From Myxococcota bacterium (GTDB taxonomy: Bacteria > Myxococcota_C > UBA6777), in the NCBI GenBank assembly GCA_023150835.1, contig JAKLKB010000033.1, forward strand, positions 2,411 through 66,410: a stretch of 64,000 bases of DNA. Direction: 5' to 3'. Each line of letters opens with the position of its first letter. Position 1 is the stretch's first letter. Both the position numbers and the translations under genes were made by a program. Positions 30,525-39,029 of this stretch are shown here, one piece after another. Below the pieces are notes generated by a model. It saw nothing but the letters and a program-made list of their open reading frames with translations. It made no database searches and was not told the origin of the DNA.

Positions 30525-32549
30525 ATGTTTGATTGGGCGTCACGTTTGCAGCGTATCCCTGCATCGCCGGGGGTGTACATCATGAAGGATCAAGAAGGAA
30601 AGATCCTGTACATCGGAAAGGCGAAGGAACTCAAGCGGCGGGTGCGTCAGTATTTTCAGGAGGGCGCAGATCCAAGGCCCTTTGTGCGGCGTTTGCCCGG
30701 TCTGTTGGGGGAGATCGATGTGTTGTTAACGCACACCGACAAAGAAGCGATGTTGTTGGAGGCGTCGTTGATCCAGCAGCATCAACCGCCTTTTAACATC
30801 CTTTTGAAGGAGGAGCAGCGTTATCTGTGTTTGCGTCTGGATCTTTCGCATGCCTACCCGCGCTTGCATGTGATCCGCCGTTCGACACGCGATCCTGCGC
30901 CGCGAGCAAGTGAGCGGATCTTTGGGCCGTACCTATCGGGGTTTGCGGTGCGGCAGACGATGGAGTTGATCGAGCGGCACTTTCGATTGAGGACGTGCAA
31001 TGATCAAGAGATGCGGAATCGTTCGCGGCCTTGCTTGGAATATCAGATCAAGCGCTGCGTGGGGCCGTGTTGTTTGCCTGTGGAAACATCGGAGTATCGG
31101 GAGCATGTGGACGAAGTGATCTTGTTTTTGGAAGGCAAGCATCACGAGTTGGTCGGGATGCTCAAGCAGCGGATGATACAGGCCGCCGAAGAGCGGCAAT
31201 ATGAGTTGGCGGCACGCTTTCGCGATCAGGTCGGAGCCATCGAGCAGATGATGGAAAAACAGCACGTCGCCAGCGAACAAGACCGCCAAGATCGAGATAT
31301 CTTCGGATTCTTTCGGTATCATCTACGGGTCGAGATCCAGTTGTTGACGGTGCGACGGGGCCATCTCTCGGGGGGACGGTCGTTTTCGTTTGATCAACAA
31401 GAGTTCGAGGACGAGGAGATCTTGGAGCGATTTTTGGGGGCCTACTACCTGCGGGCGGCGGTCGATATGCCGCACGAAGTGTTGTTGCCTTTTGCGATCG
31501 AAGCGCCCGAAACCTTGGCTGATCTCTTGAGCGAGCGGGTGGGGCGCTCTGTGACGGTCTCGACGCCCGAAGAAGGCCATGCTGCCGAACTGATCGCGAT
31601 GGCAAACAAAAATGCCGAACAAGGCTTTTTGGAAAGCCAAAAGACCGAAGATAGCTCGTTGTCGTTGTTGCAACGGTTGCAAGCGCGGTTGCGTTTGGCG
31701 CGGCTGCCGTATCGGATCGAGTGTGTGGACAACTCACATCTACAAGGCCGTCACGCGGTGTCTGCGATCGTGGTGTTTGAAGGCGGGTTCCCCAATCGCT
31801 ACGCTTACCGACGTTATCATCTCAAAGAGGCCGAAGGTGGCGACGACTTTGGAGCGATGAAAGAGATCTTGACCCGACGTTTTAAGCGCGGCATCGCGGA
31901 TGGCGATCTGCCCGATCTGATGGTGATCGACGGCGGGGTGGGGCAGCTAAAAATGGCTCTCACCGCACTCGAAGAATTGGGACTCGATGGTGTCGAAGTC
32001 GTTGCCATCGCCAAAAAGCGCCTCGCCAAAGCCGAAGCCCAAGGACGCGACGATCTGATGGAAGATCGGATCATCGTCCCCAGTCGCAAAAATGCCGTCC
32101 CTGTCAGGCTCCCACACCGTGAACTGTTCTTGATCTCCCAGATCCGTGATGAAGCCCATGCCACCGCCATCGCATTCCATCAAAAGACCCGTGACCGCGA
32201 CCAATTGCGCTCCGTACTCGACGAGATCCCTCACGTCGGACCCGCCCGCAAACAAGCCCTGCTCAAAGCCTTCAAAAGCCCCAAGCGTGTCGCCCAAGCC
32301 TCTCTCCAAGAACTCCTTAAGGTTCCCGGGATCACCGAAACTGTCGCCTTGTCCATCCAAGATTTTTTTCGTGAGCATCCGAAATACACCGAAGAAGAGT
32401 CCACAGAAGGCACAGAAAGCACAGAAGGCACAGAAGGCACAGAAGGCACAGAAGGCACAGAAGGCACAGAAGGCACAGAAGGCACAGAAGGGGATGAGGA
32501 TATCGAGGCAGAAGAGGCAGGGGGGCGCACTACGAGAGCGGAGGGATAG
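30525..32549 (+). CDS. uvrC: Excinuclease ABC subunit C (UvrC) with an unusual C-terminal (EGT)n/acidic extension.
   Basis: GIY-YIG 'GVYIMKDQEGKILYIGKAKELKRRVRQYF'. UvrBC-interaction and RNase H-like endonuclease regions. HhH at the C-terminus. ATG 30525 with 'aaaggag'. Confidence 0.9.
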   Translation: MFDWASRLQRIPASPGVYIMKDQEGKILYIGKAKELKRRVRQYFQEGADPRPFVRRLPGLLGEIDVLLTHTDKEAMLLEASLIQQHQPPFNILLKEEQRYLCLRLDLSHAYPRLHVIRRSTRDPAPRASERIFGPYLSGFAVRQTMELIERHFRLRTCNDQEMRNRSRPCLEYQIKRCVGPCCLPVETSEYREHVDEVILFLEGKHHELVGMLKQRMIQAAEERQYELAARFRDQVGAIEQMMEKQHVASEQDRQDRDIFGFFRYHLRVEIQLLTVRRGHLSGGRSFSFDQQEFEDEEILERFLGAYYLRAAVDMPHEVLLPFAIEAPETLADLLSERVGRSVTVSTPEEGHAAELIAMANKNAEQGFLESQKTEDSSLSLLQRLQARLRLARLPYRIECVDNSHLQGRHAVSAIVVFEGGFPNRYAYRRYHLKEAEGGDDFGAMKEILTRRFKRGIADGDLPDLMVIDGGVGQLKMALTALEELGLDGVEVVAIAKKRLAKAEAQGRDDLMEDRIIVPSRKNAVPVRLPHRELFLISQIRDEAHATAIAFHQKTRDRDQLRSVLDEIPHVGPARKQALLKAFKSPKRVAQASLQELLKVPGITETVALSIQDFFREHPKYTEEESTEGTESTEGTEGTEGTEGTEGTEGTEGTEGDEDIEAEEAGGRTTRAEG

Positions 32550-33261
32550 CGAGCAGCATCTGGATCATCATCTTGACGAGGTTTTGGCGTATGGTGTGGC
32601 ATCCGTGAGCGGTACGGACTTTTTCGTTGACAGCGGGTTTGTTGAGGAAGGCTTGGTGTTTGAGCAGATAACGAGCGGCCTTTTTTTGATCGGGGGTAGC
32701 TTTGGGGTTGCCGAGGATGCTTTGGAGGCGTTTGGGATCGAGGGGATTTGTTTTTTGGTTGGAAGGGTCGATGCCAAGGGCATCCATGCAGCGGAAGATA
32801 TCGTCAAGTGTGGGCGGCGGTTCTTTTGAGGCCGAAGATGCGCTGTTTGTGGTTTGCTTCGTTGTGCCAGAACAAGCGTTGTTTGTTGTGGCGTTGTTTG
32901 CAGAGGTGTTGTGTTGGGCGGAAGACTCTTGTTTTTTGGAGGCGGAAGAAGCCGTGGCTTGGGGGCCAAGGGCTTCTGTGATGTAGCGGTCTAATTCGTC
33001 AGAGAGGCTGCTGTTTTTTTCCTCGGTTTTTTCGGAGGTGTTGGGCTTTTGGGGAGCGGTGTTGTTGGATTTGTTTTCGGCTTTGTGCTTGTTGACAGCG
33101 GCGCGCAAGATCGGTCCAGCGGTGCAAGCATACAGTTTTTTGGATTCGGTTTTGTTGTTTGCGGCTTGCTGGATCTTTTCTTTGAAAGCATCGGCTGTGG
33201 GTGGGTTTGCGGGGGCTGTTTGTGCGGCGATCTTGTTTTGGAGGGCGGATACCTTGAGCAT
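32530..33261 (-). CDS. Hypothetical low-complexity (N/S/T/K/Q-rich) protein.
   Basis: ATG at 33261 with 'aaggag' 7 nt upstream. No signal peptide. Composition unlike its neighbours. 3' end converges on uvrC with a 20-nt overlap. Confidence 0.4.
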   Translation of the reverse strand: MLKVSALQNKIAAQTAPANPPTADAFKEKIQQAANNKTESKKLYACTAGPILRAAVNKHKAENKSNNTAPQKPNTSEKTEEKNSSLSDELDRYITEALGPQATASSASKKQESSAQHNTSANNATTNNACSGTTKQTTNSASSASKEPPPTLDDIFRCMDALGIDPSNQKTNPLDPKRLQSILGNPKATPDQKKAARYLLKHQAFLNKPAVNEKVRTAHGCHTIRQNLVKMMIQMLLAIPPLS

Positions 33262-33526
33262 AGCGTTTCTCCTTACGGTGTGGGTGAAACAAATCGTATC
33301 GTTTTGTTGGCGAGCGCGGCGAAACGCAAAGGGTGGGCCAAGGCGTGAGAGGGCAAGGTGAGGCTTGTGCGACAAGGCAAAAGCAAGAGACGACAAAAAA
33401 GAGAGTGGGTGGATACGTGCAGGATCTGGACAGAGGCCGACGATGAAAAACAGACGAGGGCGAAGGATTGGACGGAGGCTTGGTGCAGAAAGAAAAAAAG
33501 CCGCGTTCGGGGCGTTCAAGCGGAGC

Positions 33527-33609
33527 GGACATTGGTTTGTGAAACCTCTGTTCATCCCGCCAACACGGGGTCAAGGGGCCACAGGTCCCTTGTGGGGTGA
33601 CACCCCATA
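33527..33609 (+). repeat. Structured repeat family 'A', copy 2.
   Basis: 'caagcggagcggac…ccgccaacacggggtcaaggggccacaggtcccttgtggggtgacacccca'. Confidence 0.6.
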
Positions 33610-33880
33610 GGCGTTAGGTTAAGCTATGGTTGGCCCCCCACCCCTGCCAAAGACCGTGAACAGGGGAGGGAGAGAAAGTCGGAGGCAGCGAGGTTTTGGT
33701 GTTCCATACCGCACGCTGTTTGCACGAGAGAGCGTCTTTGCCTGCTCCAACTTCCCCCCGTTGGCCGGGGGGAATGAGGGGGGGCGACAAAAGAAAGAGC
33801 AATCATCCTCGATTCTCCGATATTTCCGCCTTAACAAGGCGCGTATGGGGTGACACCCCACAAAAACCATCCAGACGTGC

Positions 33881-34000
33881 GATACGAAATCCGCAGGGAG
33901 CGTGATCGTAAAAATGTAGGGGCAGCCCCCTGTGGCTGCCCTATTACAGGGCGTCTACGCACTCTCCATTGCGCACACATCATCCGGATATCGTATAAGT
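33881..34000 (+). repeat. REP-like intergenic element, copy 3 of 4.
   Basis: 'gatacgaaatccgcagggagcgtgatcgtaaaaatgtaggggcagccccctgtggctgccc…ccggatatcgtataag'. Confidence 0.7.
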
Positions 34001-34017
34001 CGGATAGCCCGAAAAGA

Positions 34018-34602
34018 TCAGCGGGGAGGTTGTCCGAGGAGTTTCCAAGCCGAAGGGAGGAGGACGGCGGCGAGAGCGATCTTGAGGACAGCGCCCGGGA
34101 GGAAGGGGAAAAGGCCGAAGGCTAGGAGGTTTTTGGGGGGAACAAATGCGGAAAGCCAAGCGAGACCGCAGAGAAAGATGACGGTGGTCGAGAGGGTCAT
34201 GGCGAAGACGGTGGACAGGGGAGAACGATCCCATCCGCGTTCGGCGAGACGCCCTGCAAGCCATGCCGCCAAGACGAAACCGATCAGATAGCCGCCTGTG
34301 GCTCCGAATAATAGGGCGCTTCCTGCTTTTCCGCCTGCGAGAACAGGCAAACCGACGGCGGCTTCGGTGAGATACAGCAGGACGCTTGCAGCGCCCCGCC
34401 AAGCGCCAAGGGCCATACCGACCAGCAAGACGGCGAAGGTTTGGCCCGTGACGGGTACAGGTGTAAAGGGCAGAGGGAAGGCGATCTGTGCGCAGACGGC
34501 GATCAGAAGGCTACCTGTGAGGACCAGTCCGAGATCGTAAGTGCGCGCATGACGTTGGGTCTGAGGTCGCCAGAGGTCGGCCAAGGCGAGAGAAGAAAGC
34601 AT
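34018..34602 (-). CDS. bioY: BioY-family biotin transporter substrate-binding (S) component.
   Basis: 'PVTGQTFAVLLVGMALG…LPVLAGGKAG…GATGGYLIGF' is the BioY signature. Five to six TM helices. ATG at 34602. Confidence 0.75.
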   Translation of the reverse strand: MLSSLALADLWRPQTQRHARTYDLGLVLTGSLLIAVCAQIAFPLPFTPVPVTGQTFAVLLVGMALGAWRGAASVLLYLTEAAVGLPVLAGGKAGSALLFGATGGYLIGFVLAAWLAGRLAERGWDRSPLSTVFAMTLSTTVIFLCGLAWLSAFVPPKNLLAFGLFPFLPGAVLKIALAAVLLPSAWKLLGQPPR

Positions 34603-34633
34603 CTGAAAAAGTTCCTTTCGTCTGGGTTGCGGT

Positions 34634-36595
34634 TTAGAGCGTGATCTTTTTAAGTTGAGGGAGATTGCGGTACAAGTCGAGCGCTTGGGGGTTGGCGAGG
34701 GCGTCTTTGTTGGGGACATCTTGGCCGTGAAGGATGCGACGGACAGCGATCTCGACCTTTTTTCCGCTGATGGTGTAAGGGATATCGCTGATCGGCAGGA
34801 TGTGCGTGGGGACGTGGCGGGGAGTGGTTTCTTGGCGGATGGTGTCGCGGAGCTTTTTGGCGAGTGCTTCGGAAAAGGCGGTATCTTGGGCAAGTTTGAC
34901 GAAGAGGATCACTTCGACATCGTTATCGGCGTCGCGTCCGACGACAAGGCTGTCAAGGATCTCGGGAAGGGGTTCGATGGCGCGGTAGATCTCGGCAGTT
35001 CCGATGCGGACGCCGCCCGGGTTGAGTGTTGCGTCGGAGCGCCCGTAGATGGTGACGCCGCCGTGTTCGGTGATCTCGATCAGATCGCCATGACGCCAGA
35101 TGCCCGGGAAATGGTCAAAGTACGCATCGCGATAACGTGAGCCGTCTTCGTCGTTCCAAAAGCCCACAGGCTGGGAAGGAAAGGGGCGCACGCAGACGAG
35201 TTCGCCTTTTTCTTGGGTGACGGGCTTGGCGTCATCCGACCACGCTTGCACATCCATCCCAAGGCCGGGGCATTGGATCTCTTCGGAGAAGACGGGGAGA
35301 GTGGGGTTTCCGAGCATAAAACAGGAGACGATATCGGTTCCCCCCGATATCGAAGCGAGATGTAGATCGCTTTTGATATCGCGGTAGACGTAGTGAAAAG
35401 AGGCGTCCGAAAGTGGCGAACCTGTCGAAAGCACGGCATCTAACGAACTGAGATCAAAGCGGTCTTTGGGGCGCAAGCCTGTTTTTTCGAGAGCCGCGAG
35501 GTATTTTGCGCTGGTGCCAAAGAAGCGGAGGCGTTCTTGTTCGGCGATCTTCCAGAGGATCTCTTCGTTGGGATGGAAGGGCGAGCCTTCGAAGAGGACA
35601 AGGGTGGCTTGTGAGGCAAGGCCGCTGACGAGCCAGTTCCACATCATCCAGCCGCAAGTGGTGTAGTAAAAGAAGCGGTCCCCTGCGCGTAAGTCGGTGT
35701 GTAGGCGCTGTTCTTTGATATGTTGAAGCAGCGTCCCGCCGACGCCATGCACGATGCACTTGGGGATGCCCGTCGTTCCAGAGGAATAAAGAATATACAG
35801 CGGGTGATCAAACGGCGTTGGTGTAAAGGCCAAAGGCGCGGGATCACCCGCAAGCGCGTCTTGCCATGCGGTGGCTTTGGGGAGGTCTGAGATCGCGGGG
35901 ATATCGTCGATGTATTCGACCACAAGGACATCTTGGATGGATGGGATGGCATCCAACAAGCGCGGGATGCGCTCAAGCGATCGCACTGGTTTGCCTTTGT
36001 AAGTGTAGCCGTCCGTCGTGACCAACAGCTTGGGCTCGATCTGCCCGAAACGATCGAGGACACCGCGCTCGCCAAAGTCAGGCGATGTCGAAGACCAGAT
36101 CGCTCCAAGAGAAGTCGCCGCAAGCATCGCTGCGATGGTTTCGGGGATGTTGGGCATGTACGCAGCAACGCGATCACCTAACCCAATACCTTTCTGGCGC
36201 ATCCATCGAGCGATCCGAGCGACGGTCTCTCGAAGTTGCCCGTAAGTAAGGGTACGGCGCTGTCCGATCTCGTTGTGAAATACAACCGCCTCGGCGTGTT
36301 CGTCGCCTTGCAACAAGTTTTCAGCAAAGTTGAGGCGGGCATCCAAAAACCATCGACTCGACATCATGTCTTTGCCCGGCTTCCAGACCTCGGTGTAAGG
36401 CTGCGTTGCGCGGATCGAACCCATCCGCCAGATCGACTCCCAAAAAGCCCCCGTCTCGCGAACCGACCAAGCATGAAGATCCCAATAGTTTTGAAAAGAC
36501 AGACCTGTCTGGGCTTCTATCTCGCGGGTATATCGAGTGATCTGCGCTTCCGCGATCCGCGCAGGGGAAGGACACCACAAGGCTTGTTTGCTCAT
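34634..36595 (-). CDS. Acetoacetyl-CoA synthetase (acetoacetate–CoA ligase).
   Basis: N-terminal '[45 protein letters not shown]' is characteristic. AMP-binding motifs '[10 protein letters not shown]' and 'GYGxTE'-like. The supplied ORF start at 36736 runs into the hairpin array. Confidence 0.85.
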   Translation of the reverse strand: MSKQALWCPSPARIAEAQITRYTREIEAQTGLSFQNYWDLHAWSVRETGAFWESIWRMGSIRATQPYTEVWKPGKDMMSSRWFLDARLNFAENLLQGDEHAEAVVFHNEIGQRRTLTYGQLRETVARIARWMRQKGIGLGDRVAAYMPNIPETIAAMLAATSLGAIWSSTSPDFGERGVLDRFGQIEPKLLVTTDGYTYKGKPVRSLERIPRLLDAIPSIQDVLVVEYIDDIPAISDLPKATAWQDALAGDPAPLAFTPTPFDHPLYILYSSGTTGIPKCIVHGVGGTLLQHIKEQRLHTDLRAGDRFFYYTTCGWMMWNWLVSGLASQATLVLFEGSPFHPNEEILWKIAEQERLRFFGTSAKYLAALEKTGLRPKDRFDLSSLDAVLSTGSPLSDASFHYVYRDIKSDLHLASISGGTDIVSCFMLGNPTLPVFSEEIQCPGLGMDVQAWSDDAKPVTQEKGELVCVRPFPSQPVGFWNDEDGSRYRDAYFDHFPGIWRHGDLIEITEHGGVTIYGRSDATLNPGGVRIGTAEIYRAIEPLPEILDSLVVGRDADNDVEVILFVKLAQDTAFSEALAKKLRDTIRQETTPRHVPTHILPISDIPYTISGKKVEIAVRRILHGQDVPNKDALANPQALDLYRNLPQLKKITL

Positions 36596-36629
36596 CGTTT
36601 CAATTCTCGTCTGTCTTGTCGCAGACACT

Positions 36630-36901
36630 ACAGGATGCCGACATCCTCTCAAGTGCGTTTTTTTGTGAAAAGGAGGATGCCGACATCCTCTCAAGTGCAT
36701 TTTTTTGTGAAAAGGAGGATGCCGACATCCTCTCAAGTGCGTTCAAGTGTGAAAAGGAGGATGCCGACATCCTCTCAAGTGCGTTTTTTTGTGAAAAGGA
36801 GGATGCCGACATCCTCTCAAGTGCGTTCAAGTGTGAAAAGGAGGATGCCGACATCCTCTCAAGTGCATTTTTTTGTGCAAAGGAGGATGCCGACATCCTC
36901 T
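36630..36901 (+). repeat. Tandem array of 7 x 42-bp units. Each holds a perfect hairpin 'GAGGATG-CCGA-CATCCTC', and four of them are followed by T7.
   Basis: Units 1, 2, 4 and 6 end 'tcaagtgcNtttttttgtgaaaag'. Units 3 and 5 have 'gttcaagtgtg' instead. Lies directly 5' of the acetoacetyl-CoA synthetase start (minus strand). Confidence 0.85.
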
Positions 36902-36920
36902 CCGATACAGAAAGGACCGA

Positions 36921-37035
36921 TGCGGTTGAAAAGGAAAACCCTGAGATATCAGAACGTTGTAGGGGCGGTTCGCGAACCGCCCACGCCCGAACATCTGCCT
37001 TTTTCGTATCGAACTGCGTAAGTCCTATACAGACT
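36921..37035 (+). mobile_element. MITE-like element, copy 1: terminal inverted repeats 'TACGCAGTTGAAAAGG…CCTTTTTCGTATCGAACTGCGTA' around a 20-bp perfect palindrome 'GGGCGGTTCGCGAACCGCCC'.
   Basis: ~88% identical to 59279..59395 over ~115 bp. No ORF. Confidence 0.65.
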
Positions 37036-37048
37036 TTGGTGGAAAGGA

Positions 37049-37510
37049 TTACTTGAAGCGAACCCACGTTTGGTCGCGGTAGAAGAAGGCCAACCATCCG
37101 CGAACTTTGAGGTTGTTGGGGTTTTTGTCATCCAGCCAGATGGAGCAGCCATATTCTTTTCCGTTGGCGGGATCGAGGATCTTGCCATGTCCCCATGTGA
37201 TGTTGTCTTTGGCGGTCATGCCCCAGATGATGGTCATGCCGATGATCTTTTTGTCTTTGCGATCGCCCGTGCATTTGTCGCAATTGGGATCTTGGTTTTC
37301 TGTTTTTTTGCGAAACAGCCGAAGGATGGTCCCTGTGAGCTTGCCGTTGACAAGCTTGATCTCGACGATCGACTTGGGTTGTTTGGTTTTGTCGTCGATG
37401 GTGGTCCACTTTCCAAACACGCGCGTATCGCCCTTGGCGAAGGCGGTGGCGTGGAAAGCAAAGGCAAAAGCAAGAGTCAAGAAGAGATTGCGAAGGGAAA
37501 ACAAACGCAT
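37049..37510 (-). CDS. DUF2147-family secreted protein.
   Basis: Signal peptide 'LFLTLAFAFAFHATAFA'. 'GKWTTIDDKT…NGKLTGTIL…ILDPANGKEYGCSIWL…LKVRG' matches the DUF2147 pattern. Confidence 0.7.
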   Translation of the reverse strand: MRLFSLRNLFLTLAFAFAFHATAFAKGDTRVFGKWTTIDDKTKQPKSIVEIKLVNGKLTGTILRLFRKKTENQDPNCDKCTGDRKDKKIIGMTIIWGMTAKDNITWGHGKILDPANGKEYGCSIWLDDKNPNNLKVRGWLAFFYRDQTWVRFK

Positions 37511-37663
37511 TGGGCGCTCCTTCTTATTTTGCTAGAGAGCAATGTTGGGAGAAAACGAGGGGATCCCTCAAGAAACGGGGTTAACGTATTCGCTTTTTGG
37601 ATCGCGATCAAGAGGGGACGGTGGGCGTTGCGAAACGCACGGAAAAAGGAAGAAAGACCCGGA

Positions 37664-38779
37664 TCAGTTGGGATCGGGTTTGGGAGTGGAGGGGGAGGAA
37701 GGTGGGAGGGCAGGTTCTTTGATGTAGCGGAGGTCGATGGTACCCGTGAGGGCGTTGAGGAAGGTGACGATCTCAGCGACGTCTTGTTTGGAGAGTTCGC
37801 GTGCGAGTTGATGGCGAGCCATGAGGAGGACGGCTTCTTCGAGGGTTTTGACGGAGCCGTCGTGCATATAGGGGGCGGTTTTGGCGATATTGCGGAGGCT
37901 AGGGACTTTGAAGAACATATCGAAGGTGCTGTCTTTGAGGAGGGTGCCACGACCTTTGTCTTTTTGGTTGGGCCAAGGCTTGATCATGCCGAGTTTTTGG
38001 TACATATGGCCGCCGAGTTGGGGTCCGATGTGGCAGGTGAGACATCCGCTGGTGACGAACTTGATGAAGCCTTGTTTTTCGGGGTTGGTTAGCGCATCTT
38101 TCTTGCCGTTGAGGAAGTCATCCCAACGCGAGGGGGTGACGAGGCCGCGTTCAAAAGCCCCGATGGCATCGCCCATATTTTTGTAAGAGACGGGATCTTT
38201 GTCGGAGGGATAGGCTTTTTTGAAGGCTTCGACGTAGCCCGGGATGGATTTGAGGAGGGTCTCGACTTGGGCAGGGCCGGAGATGGCCATCTCGACGGGG
38301 TTTACGACGGGCTGTGTGGCTTGGTGTTCGACGTGGGGGGAGCGGCCATCCCAAAATTGAACGAAATGCCCAGCGGCATTGTAGACGGTGGGCGAGTTGC
38401 GATCTCCGCGTTGTTTTTTGTGCCCGGGCGAAGTGGGTTCATGGTCGACACCAAATTTGTCGAGTTGGTGGCAGGAGTTGCAGGAGACATCGTGGTTTTT
38501 GGAAAGGCGTTTGTCGAAGTAGAGCATACGACCGAGAGCGATCTTGTTGGGATTTCGGCTCGAAGGGGTGTGGTAGTCGGCGGGGAGGGCTTTGTAAGCC
38601 ATCAAAAAGCCTTCTGGGACTTCGACTTGAGGGGCGGGAGGGTTGGCTTGAGCGACACGCAGCGGCTGTTTGTGGGTGGAGGGGAAGGGCAGAGGCTTGA
38701 TCGACGGGGCGGGTTTTTGAAAACCGACGAGCAGGGTGCCGATCGAAAGGAGGGTGGTGGCGAGTGCGATCTTCCGCAT
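37664..38779 (-). CDS. Di-haem cytochrome c peroxidase (CCP/MauG family).
   Basis: Two CxxCH haem sites ('CNSCHQ', 'CLTCHIG'). Conserved 'FDGRS…NPVEM' region. Signal peptide. Confidence 0.85.
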   Translation of the reverse strand: MRKIALATTLLSIGTLLVGFQKPAPSIKPLPFPSTHKQPLRVAQANPPAPQVEVPEGFLMAYKALPADYHTPSSRNPNKIALGRMLYFDKRLSKNHDVSCNSCHQLDKFGVDHEPTSPGHKKQRGDRNSPTVYNAAGHFVQFWDGRSPHVEHQATQPVVNPVEMAISGPAQVETLLKSIPGYVEAFKKAYPSDKDPVSYKNMGDAIGAFERGLVTPSRWDDFLNGKKDALTNPEKQGFIKFVTSGCLTCHIGPQLGGHMYQKLGMIKPWPNQKDKGRGTLLKDSTFDMFFKVPSLRNIAKTAPYMHDGSVKTLEEAVLLMARHQLARELSKQDVAEIVTFLNALTGTIDLRYIKEPALPPSSPSTPKPDPN

Positions 38780-39029
38780 AAAGAATCTCTCCTTGATGTA
38801 GGGTTGTGGGAGTGTGCCGTCTGAGGGCTGTGTGTGCCTTGTGGGACAAGCCGAGACGCTTGTCGTTGAGCGAAAGCATCTTGCAAGATGGGCAGCGGGC
38901 TTGTCAATCCATCAAGCACGGTGCGCTTTTTTGAAGATGCAGGGATGAGGGAAAACGAAGCAGAAAACGATGGAGAGAGCATCGGTGGTGTAGAGCCGAT
39001 GTTCGATGCGTGCGGAAGGAAGAGAGTCG

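Noticed and set aside
36236-37097. ORFs on both strands encoding 'RMPTSSQV(R/H)FFVKR' repeats.
   Set aside because: They are read straight through the 42-bp hairpin array and the MITE. They are repeat artefacts.
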